IMG/VR virus record: IMGVR_UViG_3300025016_000004
DNA: 64,000 nt
DNA from: a virus
Strand: one strand, 5' to 3'
Each line of letters opens with the position of its first letter. Within the stretch, counting starts at the first letter, position 1. The notes under the pieces were generated by a model. It had not been told where the DNA came from. It did not search any database and worked only from the letters and a program-made list of their open reading frames with translations. The position numbers and the translations under genes were made by a program. Below are positions 49,639 through 59,019 of this stretch, one piece after another.

Positions 49639-49724
49639 AGTTTAAAGCTAAGTAATTTCAAACCTTTCTTATCAATTTTCAAGTATTTTAATCTAAATTT
49701 TTATATTTATATAAAAAGTAACTG

Positions 49725-52700
49725 ATGAGTATAGAATCCATTTACAATAAAATAAATAACATTACTGATGGCGGTAGGAATACTGCCGCTGAAATGAGAG
49801 CTGTTTTAAGTGATATAACAGAACAATTTTCAGCTACAACCGCATTTTCAGGTACTACAGATAACGTACCAGAAGGTAGTGGTAATTTATATTATACTGA
49901 CACTAGAGTTGACGCCAAATTACTTGATTATTCATTAACTGGTCATACACATAATTTATCTGAATTAAATAATGACGTAGGATATTTAACTGGTGCAACA
50001 AGTACAGCTGATGATTATGTAACAGGTTCTACTTTCAATACAACCACTGGGTTATTAGAATTTACTAGATTATCTGGCGATACTTTTAACGTTAACCTTG
50101 ATGGTAGATACCTAACAGGTTATACCCCAACTGTAAATACTGATGATTACATAACTTCAGCCACTTTCAATTCATCAACTGGCGAAGTAACACTTACAAG
50201 AGTTTCAGGTGGAACTGTTGTAACTAATTTAGATAATAGATATTCATTAACTGGCCATACTCATACTGATTATGTATTAAATAGTTATTTTAATACTCAC
50301 ACTGGTGATACAAGCGTTCATTACACTAAATCATCAATAAATTTATCTGATTTAGGTGCAACTGGCCACACACATACAGTATCTAATATAACAGACTTCC
50401 CAACAAATTTAAGTTATTTTACAAATGATAGTGGTTATTTAACTGGTGCAACAAATACAACTGATTTTATTAGTCATACAGGTGATACTACAATACATTA
50501 TGCGATGAGTGGTATTAGTATTAATGAATCTCAAATATCAGATTTAGGGTCATATACAGATGATACAAACTTAAATGCGCATACAGGTGATACAAGTATA
50601 CATTTCACCAAATCTTCAATAAATTTATCTGATTTAGGCTCAAGTGCACATACACATACTGAATATTCATTAATTGGTCATAATCATGATATATCTGAAA
50701 TAACTGGGTTTACTGATAATTCAACTAATTGGAACACTGCTTATAGTGATTCAATAACTGGTGTTACAGTAACAGGTTCTGGGACTAAAACTCTTACATT
50801 AACTCAAAGAGATGGTAGTACAATAGTAACTAATTTCACTGATTTACAAGGCTCAGGTGGTGGAACTGGTGAGGAAATAACTGGCGCAACATTTAACCTA
50901 TCAACTGGTGATTTAACCCTTATAACAAACTCAGGTAGTACGATAATAGCTAGTTTAGATGGTAGGTATGCTTTTGATTCTCAATTCATAACACATACTG
51001 GTGATACAACAATACATTTTACAAAAGGTAGTATTAATTTATCAGACCTAGCTTCAACTGGTCATACACACAATTTATCATTATTAAATAATGATATTGG
51101 ATTTATAACTGGGTATACAGACACAAATGATAATATATATGTTACGGGTTCAACATTTAACACTGGTAACGGTGTATTAACCTTTTCAAATATTTCAGGT
51201 GGAACATTTACGGTTGATTTAGATGGAAGATACCTTACAGGTTATACTGAGACATCAAATACAGACGATTACGTAAGCTCTGCTGCATTTAATACAACAA
51301 ATGGTATACTAACCTTAACTAGAATTTCAGGTGGCACAGTGACTGTTGATTTGGATGATAGATATAGCCTTACAGGCCATACTCATACAGCATCACAAAT
51401 AACAGATTTTAGTGATGCGGTAACTGGAAATACAGCGGTTTTAGCTAATACTGATAAAATATCTTATACAGACGCTACATTAGTTGCTAACACAGCAAGT
51501 GGTTTAGTGAGTCATACTGGTGATACAAGTATTCACTTTACAAAAGGTTCAATTAACCTTAGTGATTTAGGTGCAACTGGTCATACACATAGTGAATATA
51601 CTTTAAATGCTGTATTGAATAGTCATACTGGTGACACTTCTATTCATTATACAAAAGGGTCAATTAATCTTAGTGATTTAGGCTCATCAGCACATACACA
51701 TACCGTATCTAATATAAGCGATTTCCCAACAAATGTAAGCTCATTTACAAATGATTCAGGATATATAACTGGATTCACAGATACAAATAATAACGATTAT
51801 GTAACAAGTGGAGCTTTTGATACTGGAAATGGTAATTTAACACTTACTAGAGTTTCAGGTGGAACAGTTGTCACTAATTTAGATAATAGATACAGCCTTA
51901 CAGGACATACACACTCTATTTACGCTTTAGACAGTGAGTTTACTAGTCATACTGGTGATACATCTATTCATTACGCTAAAAATACAATTAATTTAAGTGA
52001 ATTAGGTTCTTCAGCTCATACACACGCTATAAGTGAATTAAGCGATTTCCCTACAAATGTAAGTTCATTCACAAATGATGCGGGCTATTTAACTGGTTAT
52101 ACTGACACAAATGTATATTTAACTGGAGCAACCGTAACTGGTACAACAACCAAATCTATTAATTTATTCCAAAGTGATGGTAGTTTGGTTCAAGCTAGTT
52201 TTACAGATTTACAAGGCTCAGGCGGTGGTGGTGACACTATAACTGGAGTTACATTTAATACATCAACTGGTGATTTAGATTTAGTAAGTACAGGTAGTAC
52301 AATTACAGCTAATTTAGATGGAAGATATTCATTAACTGGTCATACACATAGTGAATATACCTTAGATTCAATATTCAATTCACATACTGGTGATACAAGC
52401 ATTCATTTTACAAAAGGTAGTATTAATTTATCTGATTTAGGTAGTTCAGCACATACTCATACTATAAGTAACATAACAGACTTCCCAACCAACGTAAGTT
52501 ATTTTACTAATGATAGTGGGTATTTAACTGGTTATACAGATACAAATGAGTATATTACTGATGGTACGTTTAATACATCAACTGGTAATTTAGACCTTAT
52601 AACCAATTCAGGTACTACAATTACAGCTAATTTAGATGGAAGGTATTTGGACCTTTCAGCAGCAACAACTATAGTTGAAACATTAGTGGCGACTGGTGGT

Positions 52701-53210
52701 GAAACACAATGGGTTTTATCATCAACACCATCAAGTGGGTATTCTCGTACTCTGTTTAATGAAAATATTTACTTGGTTGAAAATGTTGATTGGTCCTTAT
52801 CAGGTAATACCATAATATTCTCAGGAAGTTCATCACCTTTAATTTCTGGCGATGTAATTACATTTTATTATCATGATGTTAGCGCACCATTAGCTCAGTT
52901 AAATACATATGGTAGAGTTTTTGAAGATAGCGCACTTTCAGGGACTACAGATATAGATTGGGGTAGTTATGAAACATTTGTTTATACTCTATCAGGGGCA
53001 ACTGTGTTTAGTGACATAAATCTACCATCAAATGGTAAAAGTAAAACAATAACAGTATATATGACAGGTAATTTTGCGCCAACATACCCGTCAGGCTGGA
53101 GTACATATATTAATGGTACATACAATGGGCTTGTTTTAAATACCATTGTGGTTGAATATGTAGCATCAAGCACCCCATTTTATAAAGTAATGATAACACA
53201 ACCCGATTAA
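49725..53210 (+). CDS. Long tail fibre with mosaic His-containing repeats
   Basis: 1161 aa; recurring modules FNT.TG.L.LTR.SGGT..NLD.RYSLTGHTH, HTGDTSIHFTKGSINLSDLG..[AG]HTH and DFPTN.S.FTNDSGYLTG; HxH motifs typical of trimeric fibres. Confidence 0.8.
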   Translation: MSIESIYNKINNITDGGRNTAAEMRAVLSDITEQFSATTAFSGTTDNVPEGSGNLYYTDTRVDAKLLDYSLTGHTHNLSELNNDVGYLTGATSTADDYVTGSTFNTTTGLLEFTRLSGDTFNVNLDGRYLTGYTPTVNTDDYITSATFNSSTGEVTLTRVSGGTVVTNLDNRYSLTGHTHTDYVLNSYFNTHTGDTSVHYTKSSINLSDLGATGHTHTVSNITDFPTNLSYFTNDSGYLTGATNTTDFISHTGDTTIHYAMSGISINESQISDLGSYTDDTNLNAHTGDTSIHFTKSSINLSDLGSSAHTHTEYSLIGHNHDISEITGFTDNSTNWNTAYSDSITGVTVTGSGTKTLTLTQRDGSTIVTNFTDLQGSGGGTGEEITGATFNLSTGDLTLITNSGSTIIASLDGRYAFDSQFITHTGDTTIHFTKGSINLSDLASTGHTHNLSLLNNDIGFITGYTDTNDNIYVTGSTFNTGNGVLTFSNISGGTFTVDLDGRYLTGYTETSNTDDYVSSAAFNTTNGILTLTRISGGTVTVDLDDRYSLTGHTHTASQITDFSDAVTGNTAVLANTDKISYTDATLVANTASGLVSHTGDTSIHFTKGSINLSDLGATGHTHSEYTLNAVLNSHTGDTSIHYTKGSINLSDLGSSAHTHTVSNISDFPTNVSSFTNDSGYITGFTDTNNNDYVTSGAFDTGNGNLTLTRVSGGTVVTNLDNRYSLTGHTHSIYALDSEFTSHTGDTSIHYAKNTINLSELGSSAHTHAISELSDFPTNVSSFTNDAGYLTGYTDTNVYLTGATVTGTTTKSINLFQSDGSLVQASFTDLQGSGGGGDTITGVTFNTSTGDLDLVSTGSTITANLDGRYSLTGHTHSEYTLDSIFNSHTGDTSIHFTKGSINLSDLGSSAHTHTISNITDFPTNVSYFTNDSGYLTGYTDTNEYITDGTFNTSTGNLDLITNSGTTITANLDGRYLDLSAATTIVETLVATGGETQWVLSSTPSSGYSRTLFNENIYLVENVDWSLSGNTIIFSGSSSPLISGDVITFYYHDVSAPLAQLNTYGRVFEDSALSGTTDIDWGSYETFVYTLSGATVFSDINLPSNGKSKTITVYMTGNFAPTYPSGWSTYINGTYNGLVLNTIVVEYVASSTPFYKVMITQPD

Positions 53211-53213
53211 ATT

Positions 53214-53966
53214 ATGGTAGGAATTATAATAACACAAGAATTAAAAGATTTAAACATCGAATTGTTTAAAAATAACACAGTAAATAGCATCAGAATATTT
53301 TCAACAATACCTTCATCATTTTACTCAATAACATATTTTAATGGAAGTAGAACTGATGGTTATCACACATTAGATACTTCTATACATCAAGCTGATGGGT
53401 TTTATGAAGTAATAATACCAGTTTATGATAGTAGTATAGAAAAGCTCGGTGATATATTTTTTAGTCAGAGTAGTTTTACATATCCAGTAATAAGTAAAAC
53501 AGAAATTGAAATTCAAAATGAAATATTAGCAACTTCAGATGAAAATAAACAAAATTTAATTAGAATTAAAACTGAAAAACTAATAATAACAAATGCACAA
53601 ACTTATGATGATACGACAGCATTAGATAATTTTGGTTTATTTCCAATGTGGAAATATCCATTTGATTACCCTTTAGCTTATAAATGTCAAGATTTTAGTG
53701 GTACAACATTAAATCTTTACAAATGTGTACAAGCACATACAAGTCAAGCAGATTGGCGTCCAAAAGATGTTCCAGCGTTATTCACCAAAGTGGCTTATCC
53801 AGGTCAAATTCCTGTTTGGGTACAACCAACTGGAGCACAAGACGCCTATAATATTGGGGACCGAGTATATTATCCAACTGCTAATGATAGTGTATATGAA
53901 AGTTTAATAAATGCTAACGTTTGGAGTCCAACAGGATATCCAGCTGGATGGCAATTAATACCGTAA
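53214..53966 (+). CDS. Fibre-associated protein with two C-terminal CBM5/12-like carbohydrate-binding modules
   Basis: LYKCVQAHTSQADWRP...ALF and WVQPTGAQDAYNIGDRVYY...VYESLINANVWSP..YPAGW. Confidence 0.7.
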   Translation: MVGIIITQELKDLNIELFKNNTVNSIRIFSTIPSSFYSITYFNGSRTDGYHTLDTSIHQADGFYEVIIPVYDSSIEKLGDIFFSQSSFTYPVISKTEIEIQNEILATSDENKQNLIRIKTEKLIITNAQTYDDTTALDNFGLFPMWKYPFDYPLAYKCQDFSGTTLNLYKCVQAHTSQADWRPKDVPALFTKVAYPGQIPVWVQPTGAQDAYNIGDRVYYPTANDSVYESLINANVWSPTGYPAGWQLIP

Positions 53967-53969
53967 GTT

Positions 53970-54548
53970 ATGAGTAAGAAAAAAATGTTATTAAATCCAA
54001 CAATTGGAACTACTACTGATAGTTTGATGTTGTCTGCTGGCAACTTACAATTAAATCCTAATGATTTTACTGTTTATCCTTGGACTAGACCTTCAACAAT
54101 AGTTACTCCAAATGTATTTGAAGGAAATACTATAAATGACGCACATAAATTGTCAGCGAGCATAAGCACATCTCAGCATGAATTGACTTCTTCTTCATCG
54201 CCTGTAATTGTTGGAAATATTTATGAATTTGTGGTTTTTGCAAAAGCAAACGAGTATGGTTATGTATCAGTAAACTGCGGATTTACAACATTTAGTGGTT
54301 GGAAAGTTGCTTCGTTTAACCTTTTTACTGGAACAGTAAATGGGGGCAACATGTCTAATATGACTATAGAGTCAAAAGGTAACGGATGGTACAGGTGTTC
54401 TGCTAGAGCAACTTGCACAAACAGCGGAAATACATCTTTTGGCATGAAACTAAGTGACAACGCATCTCAAGATTCGCAAGGGCCATTTTTTACAGGAGAT
54501 GGTATTAGCGGAATTCAAATATGGGGTGCCGAATATTTTCAAGTATAA
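53970..54548 (+). CDS. Jelly-roll / spike-fibre-like carbohydrate-binding protein
   Basis: VFAKANEY...FNL.TG...GNGWYRCS...GDG.SGIQIWG pattern. Confidence 0.6.
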   Translation: MSKKKMLLNPTIGTTTDSLMLSAGNLQLNPNDFTVYPWTRPSTIVTPNVFEGNTINDAHKLSASISTSQHELTSSSSPVIVGNIYEFVVFAKANEYGYVSVNCGFTTFSGWKVASFNLFTGTVNGGNMSNMTIESKGNGWYRCSARATCTNSGNTSFGMKLSDNASQDSQGPFFTGDGISGIQIWGAEYFQV

Positions 54549-54550
54549 AA

Positions 54551-54709
54551 ATGAAACCAACCCTATTAAGCAACGAGAACCTATGGTGCGGTTATTTTTT
54601 AACCTATGCGCAAAAACGAGAATTGTTAAACCAAACACCATGTACAGGAACCCCAGATTGTACATGTCCAGTAAAAGATTTATCAACAAATTGTTCTATA
54701 TATAGCTAG
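54551..54709 (+). CDS. Small Cys-containing hypothetical protein (52 aa)
   Basis: ATG 2 nt after the previous stop: MKPTLLSNENLWCG...CTGTPDCTCP...CSIYS*. Confidence 0.45.
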   Translation: MKPTLLSNENLWCGYFLTYAQKRELLNQTPCTGTPDCTCPVKDLSTNCSIYS

Positions 54710-54750
54710 TACGGGTGATTTAAAACAAGTAATATAACTATTTATAATAA

Positions 54751-55167
54751 ATGATAGACGCTAGACACTTAAGACCTAATTTAACACCATCAAAATTGTT
54801 AGATTTACCCCAACATTTTGGTTGGGGTTTAAGTGCTTTTGATATGACACCAACGTCTGGGTTTGTTGAAACAGATATAATACCAAATAGATTTACATGT
54901 TCTGAAGTTAGAATATCGTTAACAAGTGGTGATACTAGCAGTATCGTTAGTGTTGATATTTATAGAAATGGAACTTCAATATTTGAAGTTCCAGTATCAA
55001 TTGATATATCAGGCACAACAAGTGTTGGTTCGACAGCACCATACCTTTTTAATCTTAGTGCGTCAACTTTTAATTTTTTAGAGAATGATAGAATATATTT
55101 TTATGTATCAGGGGCAACTAATTGCTTAGGCTTAAAAGTTAAATTAATTGGTAATAGAATAATATAA
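54751..55167 (+). CDS. Small beta-sandwich virion protein, paralog 1
   Basis: 138 aa, colinear with the next gene. Confidence 0.7.
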   Translation: MIDARHLRPNLTPSKLLDLPQHFGWGLSAFDMTPTSGFVETDIIPNRFTCSEVRISLTSGDTSSIVSVDIYRNGTSIFEVPVSIDISGTTSVGSTAPYLFNLSASTFNFLENDRIYFYVSGATNCLGLKVKLIGNRII

Positions 55168-55170
55168 ATA

Positions 55171-55593
55171 ATGATAGATAGTAAACATTTAAAACCGAAT
55201 ATACCTTCATCTAAATTCATTGAAATGCCCCAAGAATTTGGATGGGCGTTATCGTCTGCATTTGGGGTACCTACATCTGGGTTAACCGTTTCAGATAGGT
55301 TACCAAATGGTTTTGAATGTTCTGAAATAAAATTAACATTAACTAGCGGTGATACCAGTGGTATAGTATCAGTTGATATCCATAAAAATGGAACTTCTAT
55401 ATTTGAAGTTCCAGTATCAATTGATGTATCAGGTACAACTAGCGTTGGAGCAACCACACCATTTTTATTTACAAGTAGTGCAACTACTACAACCTTTTTA
55501 GATAATAATGAAGTTAAATTTTATGTTAGTGGTGCAACAGATTGTTTAGGGTTAAAGGTTAGAATGATTGGTAATAAAATAATAAATGGCTAA
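55171..55593 (+). CDS. Small beta-sandwich virion protein, paralog 2
   Basis: 140 aa; 88/138 identical to 54751-55167 by manual ungapped alignment. Confidence 0.7.
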   Translation: MIDSKHLKPNIPSSKFIEMPQEFGWALSSAFGVPTSGLTVSDRLPNGFECSEIKLTLTSGDTSGIVSVDIHKNGTSIFEVPVSIDVSGTTSVGATTPFLFTSSATTTTFLDNNEVKFYVSGATDCLGLKVRMIGNKIING

Positions 55594-55609
55594 GTAGATA
55601 AGTATAAAG

Positions 55610-56569
55610 ATGAGTTTAATAATAAATACATACAAGAGTTTTCCAAAAAATATTAACATTAATATTAATATTAATATTGATACCTTGTCATTGATTTATA
55701 CCATTGAAATTGTGGGAGTTGTAATTTATTCAAACCCAAATGTAGATGTAAATACTTTAGAATTAACATATACAGCTTTAGACGCAACCGTTATTATCAA
55801 TACAACAGTATTGATTGATACATTAGAATTAATATATTCTGTTGAAACAGTTGAAACAGTTGTAGTAATTACAGACCCAATACAAATGATTTCTGGGTTG
55901 ATAGTTGATTTGAATAGTGCAAATATACTTAATGCTTCAGGTGATACAGCAACTGAAGGTCAAGAAATATACAATTGGGTTAATGCGGTAAATGATAATG
56001 GTGTGACAGGTGCAACTCAATATAGAACTGGTAGATACCCAATTATGCAAACAGTTAATGGTAATAAAGAAGTTAAATTTAATGGTAGCACTACTTTTTT
56101 AGAATTTGAAGTTGTACCCGATTTACATTTTGAAACTACCGATAGTTGGACTGTGTTATTTTTATTGGGTAGTGTAGTTGGTAATGGACCAATGTACCAT
56201 AAAGGTGGTTCTGGTAACAGGCATATAGGAATATTTAATTTTAGTGTGTTTACATCATATACTTATCATCAATCAAATCAGCTAACCTCTAATTTATTAG
56301 CTAATGAGGTTGGTGCAGTTGACCATAATGGTGGTACAAGGCAAATGCGTATTTTTAGGGAGAATGTAACTGAATTAGATTATACAAATCTTAGTACTGT
56401 AACAAATACGCAAAATACCTTAATTGGTTGTAGACAAAATAATAGTGCTGATAACACTTCTTGGGCATTCTTTTATGGAGGTTCAATTAGAAGATTGTTA
56501 GTTTTTAATAGAGTGTTAACACCTGAAGAGAGAACAACCATATATAACGAATTAAAGGGCAGTTTATAG
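55610..56569 (+). CDS. Protein with C-terminal LamG/concanavalin-like lectin domain
   Basis: VKFNGSTTFL...LIG...FYGGSIRRLLVFNRVLT.EER; N-terminal [DN]TL.L.Y repeats. Confidence 0.6.
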   Translation: MSLIINTYKSFPKNININININIDTLSLIYTIEIVGVVIYSNPNVDVNTLELTYTALDATVIINTTVLIDTLELIYSVETVETVVVITDPIQMISGLIVDLNSANILNASGDTATEGQEIYNWVNAVNDNGVTGATQYRTGRYPIMQTVNGNKEVKFNGSTTFLEFEVVPDLHFETTDSWTVLFLLGSVVGNGPMYHKGGSGNRHIGIFNFSVFTSYTYHQSNQLTSNLLANEVGAVDHNGGTRQMRIFRENVTELDYTNLSTVTNTQNTLIGCRQNNSADNTSWAFFYGGSIRRLLVFNRVLTPEERTTIYNELKGSL

Positions 56570-56668
56570 TAAAGTATTATCAGCTTCTGAAATAACTGAT
56601 ATTATAAATACTCATAGGGTAAATTAAAACATAGATTGGTAAACTAAACATTTACTTTACCTATTTAT

Positions 56669-56719
56669 AAAACGGAGCATAAAACCCATTCATCGCTTTA
56701 GCGTGGATGGGCAGTTCAC
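56669..56719 (+). mobile_element. 51-bp collapsed IS200/IS605 derivative (PATE-like) with a single hairpin
   Basis: TTTAT | aaaacggagcataaaaccc (identical to 282-300) + attcatcgctttagcgtggatgggcagttcac (right-end-like, compare 572-605). Confidence 0.8.
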
Positions 56720-56750
56720 AATGTATAATAAATAAATAAATAAAACGAAA

Positions 56751-57176
56751 ATGGCAAATGCAATTTACAACTCTTTTAAGAGAGACATCCAAAATGGAAC
56801 TATCAATTTAACAGCTGATACCATTAATGTGATGTTAGTTACGAGTACTTACACTCCTAACATTGATACGCACACAAAGCGTTCAGATATAACAAACGAA
56901 GTTTCAGGTTCTGGATATACTTCTGGCGGTACTTCTTTAGTAACAACTGTAGTTAGTGCTGACACAACAAATGACAAAGGTGTTTTTGATGCCGATGACG
57001 TTTCTTGGACAGGCTCAACAATTACAGCAAGAGGTGCAGTTCTTTACAAATCTAGAGGTGGCGCAGCATCAGATGATGAATTAATCGCTTATTTAGATTT
57101 TGTAACGGATAAGGTATCAAGCGGTGGTAATTTTAATCTAGTATTTAACGTTAATGGTATATTGACTCTGGCGTAA
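56751..57176 (+). CDS. Minor phage tail/structural protein
   Basis: DTINVMLVTSTY...EVSGSGYTSGG...FDADDVSW...TITARGAVLY...LIAYLDF, a pattern common in phage tail modules. Confidence 0.65.
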   Translation: MANAIYNSFKRDIQNGTINLTADTINVMLVTSTYTPNIDTHTKRSDITNEVSGSGYTSGGTSLVTTVVSADTTNDKGVFDADDVSWTGSTITARGAVLYKSRGGAASDDELIAYLDFVTDKVSSGGNFNLVFNVNGILTLA

Positions 57177-57226
57177 ATAATAAATGTTGTTATTATTTAA
57201 TAACGTATATTTATAAATAAAGGAAT

Positions 57227-57487
57227 ATGCCAATATTATTAAAGAAAATAGATGGAAGTATACTATCATTAATTGGGCCTGATGGTGCTGATTACATAGG
57301 TAGTGTAATATTCATACAAAGTATTGTAGGTGAACTTGGTGTAGAAGATTACATCAAATTAACAGCATTGGAAGCTCTAACACAAGACTTTGGAAGTGTT
57401 GGCGATGCTGAATATTATGAAACAACACCAGTTTTATTTGGTCCTAACACATGCTCTAGTTATACAAATTTAAATTTATCGTTTTAA
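57227..57487 (+). CDS. Hypothetical protein
   Basis: 86 aa behind TATTTATA, TAATG-coupled to the next gene. Confidence 0.55.
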   Translation: MPILLKKIDGSILSLIGPDGADYIGSVIFIQSIVGELGVEDYIKLTALEALTQDFGSVGDAEYYETTPVLFGPNTCSSYTNLNLSF

Positions 57488-58953
57488 TGAGATATCAAGA
57501 AAGAACATATATACAAACACCAATCAGTTGCGTTAGAAATAAGGTAATCAATATTGTTAGCATGAGTTCAGATTTATGTGAATTCAATGAACCCACATAT
57601 GTAATGACTGGTGCTACAAATATATTTAGTGCTGATACGAGTGGTAATACAATTATGATAACAGGTGCTACAAGCTCTGATGATTATATTCATATTATTG
57701 ATAGTGGAACCACATTTGATTTATCATTCGCATTTACTGGCAATGTGGAAACTTTCATTAATACTGATGCTTCATTTAAATATAACATTTATCGTTATAC
57801 CCCAAATACTAACGTATTTACAACGCCAGCAATTTTTTCATCTGGCCCTATTGAGTGGTCAACCTTTAGCGCATCAACTGGGTTTACTGATAGTTTATTA
57901 GAAAGTGAATTTGTTGTTGATGGTCAATATATAATAAAAGGTAGTTACGAATTTACGTCTTGCACTGATTATTTATTTGAATTAGGTGATACCAAAGATA
58001 CAACTTTACCATTGGTTGGGGATTATTATAATATATATAACTCTAATTTTGATAATTATTTTGCTTTAATAAGCAAAGCTATAAAACCAATTTTTAGTTC
58101 AACCCCAACAGACCCAACTAGTATAGGTACGTTAATTGTTGAATCAACAATATTTGATGGTGTTGATGTACCCGTAGTTGATGAAGTAACCACGGAAAAT
58201 ACATGGGTTGGAAATGTAATAGTGTCATTAAATGGTATTACATTAGCTGAAGATGAAGATTTTACTACCGTAGACGACACAATATTTTTTGGGGCACCGA
58301 TAAGTTTAGATGACGTAGTAACTGTAGCGTATGTTAATAGTGGAACTGGCAATGGCCTTACTTCTGAATCATTTATTGTAACAGCACCAATAGCTTCGGG
58401 TGCAACCGATGGTGAGGGTACTAATATATATTATTACAATACTGACATAAATAAAATTGAGATTTATATGTTAACGGAACCAGTAATTTTTAATGATGTT
58501 ATAGTAACACTTAACGGTGTTACATTAGCTAATGGAGTTGACTATTATCAATCAACGGCAAACCCTAAGAGGATAATACTTAATGGTCTTATATACGATA
58601 CGGATGTAATGACTATTTCATATAATGCATATGCTGGTATTTCTGGAATTATTTATACTAACATTTTTGATATCTACTGGGGTGTAGACCCAGCACCAAT
58701 AAATATCAATGGGTTATTTACCGCTTTGGTAGCAACTGACAATTCATTTTCTGCTGGAACTGTAGTATATAGTGCGACAACACCTTATGTTGCAAATGAG
58801 AGTACGTATTCAGTTAATATTAATTTAAGTGGTTATACTGGAACAACAGTGGTATATAAAGTAATAAACCAAAAAGACTTTACATTAATCAACGGTGATG
58901 TAATTTCAACAATAACAGATAGTGATATTATACCAATAACACTTCAATTATAA
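57487..58953 (+). CDS. Tail-region structural protein
   Basis: Two V.LNG[IV]TLA...D[FY] repeats; Thr/Gly-rich. Confidence 0.6.
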   Translation: MRYQERTYIQTPISCVRNKVINIVSMSSDLCEFNEPTYVMTGATNIFSADTSGNTIMITGATSSDDYIHIIDSGTTFDLSFAFTGNVETFINTDASFKYNIYRYTPNTNVFTTPAIFSSGPIEWSTFSASTGFTDSLLESEFVVDGQYIIKGSYEFTSCTDYLFELGDTKDTTLPLVGDYYNIYNSNFDNYFALISKAIKPIFSSTPTDPTSIGTLIVESTIFDGVDVPVVDEVTTENTWVGNVIVSLNGITLAEDEDFTTVDDTIFFGAPISLDDVVTVAYVNSGTGNGLTSESFIVTAPIASGATDGEGTNIYYYNTDINKIEIYMLTEPVIFNDVIVTLNGVTLANGVDYYQSTANPKRIILNGLIYDTDVMTISYNAYAGISGIIYTNIFDIYWGVDPAPININGLFTALVATDNSFSAGTVVYSATTPYVANESTYSVNINLSGYTGTTVVYKVINQKDFTLINGDVISTITDSDIIPITLQL

Positions 58954-59019
58954 AAAAAATAAAATAATTTATTGATTTATTTATATTTATAAGTAAGATA
59001 CATATACAACAGAAACGTT

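Noticed and set aside
54751..55593. Paralog pair as DGR template and variable repeats
   Set aside because: Differences are spread throughout and not adenine-specific; both are intact genes; no reverse transcriptase in the window
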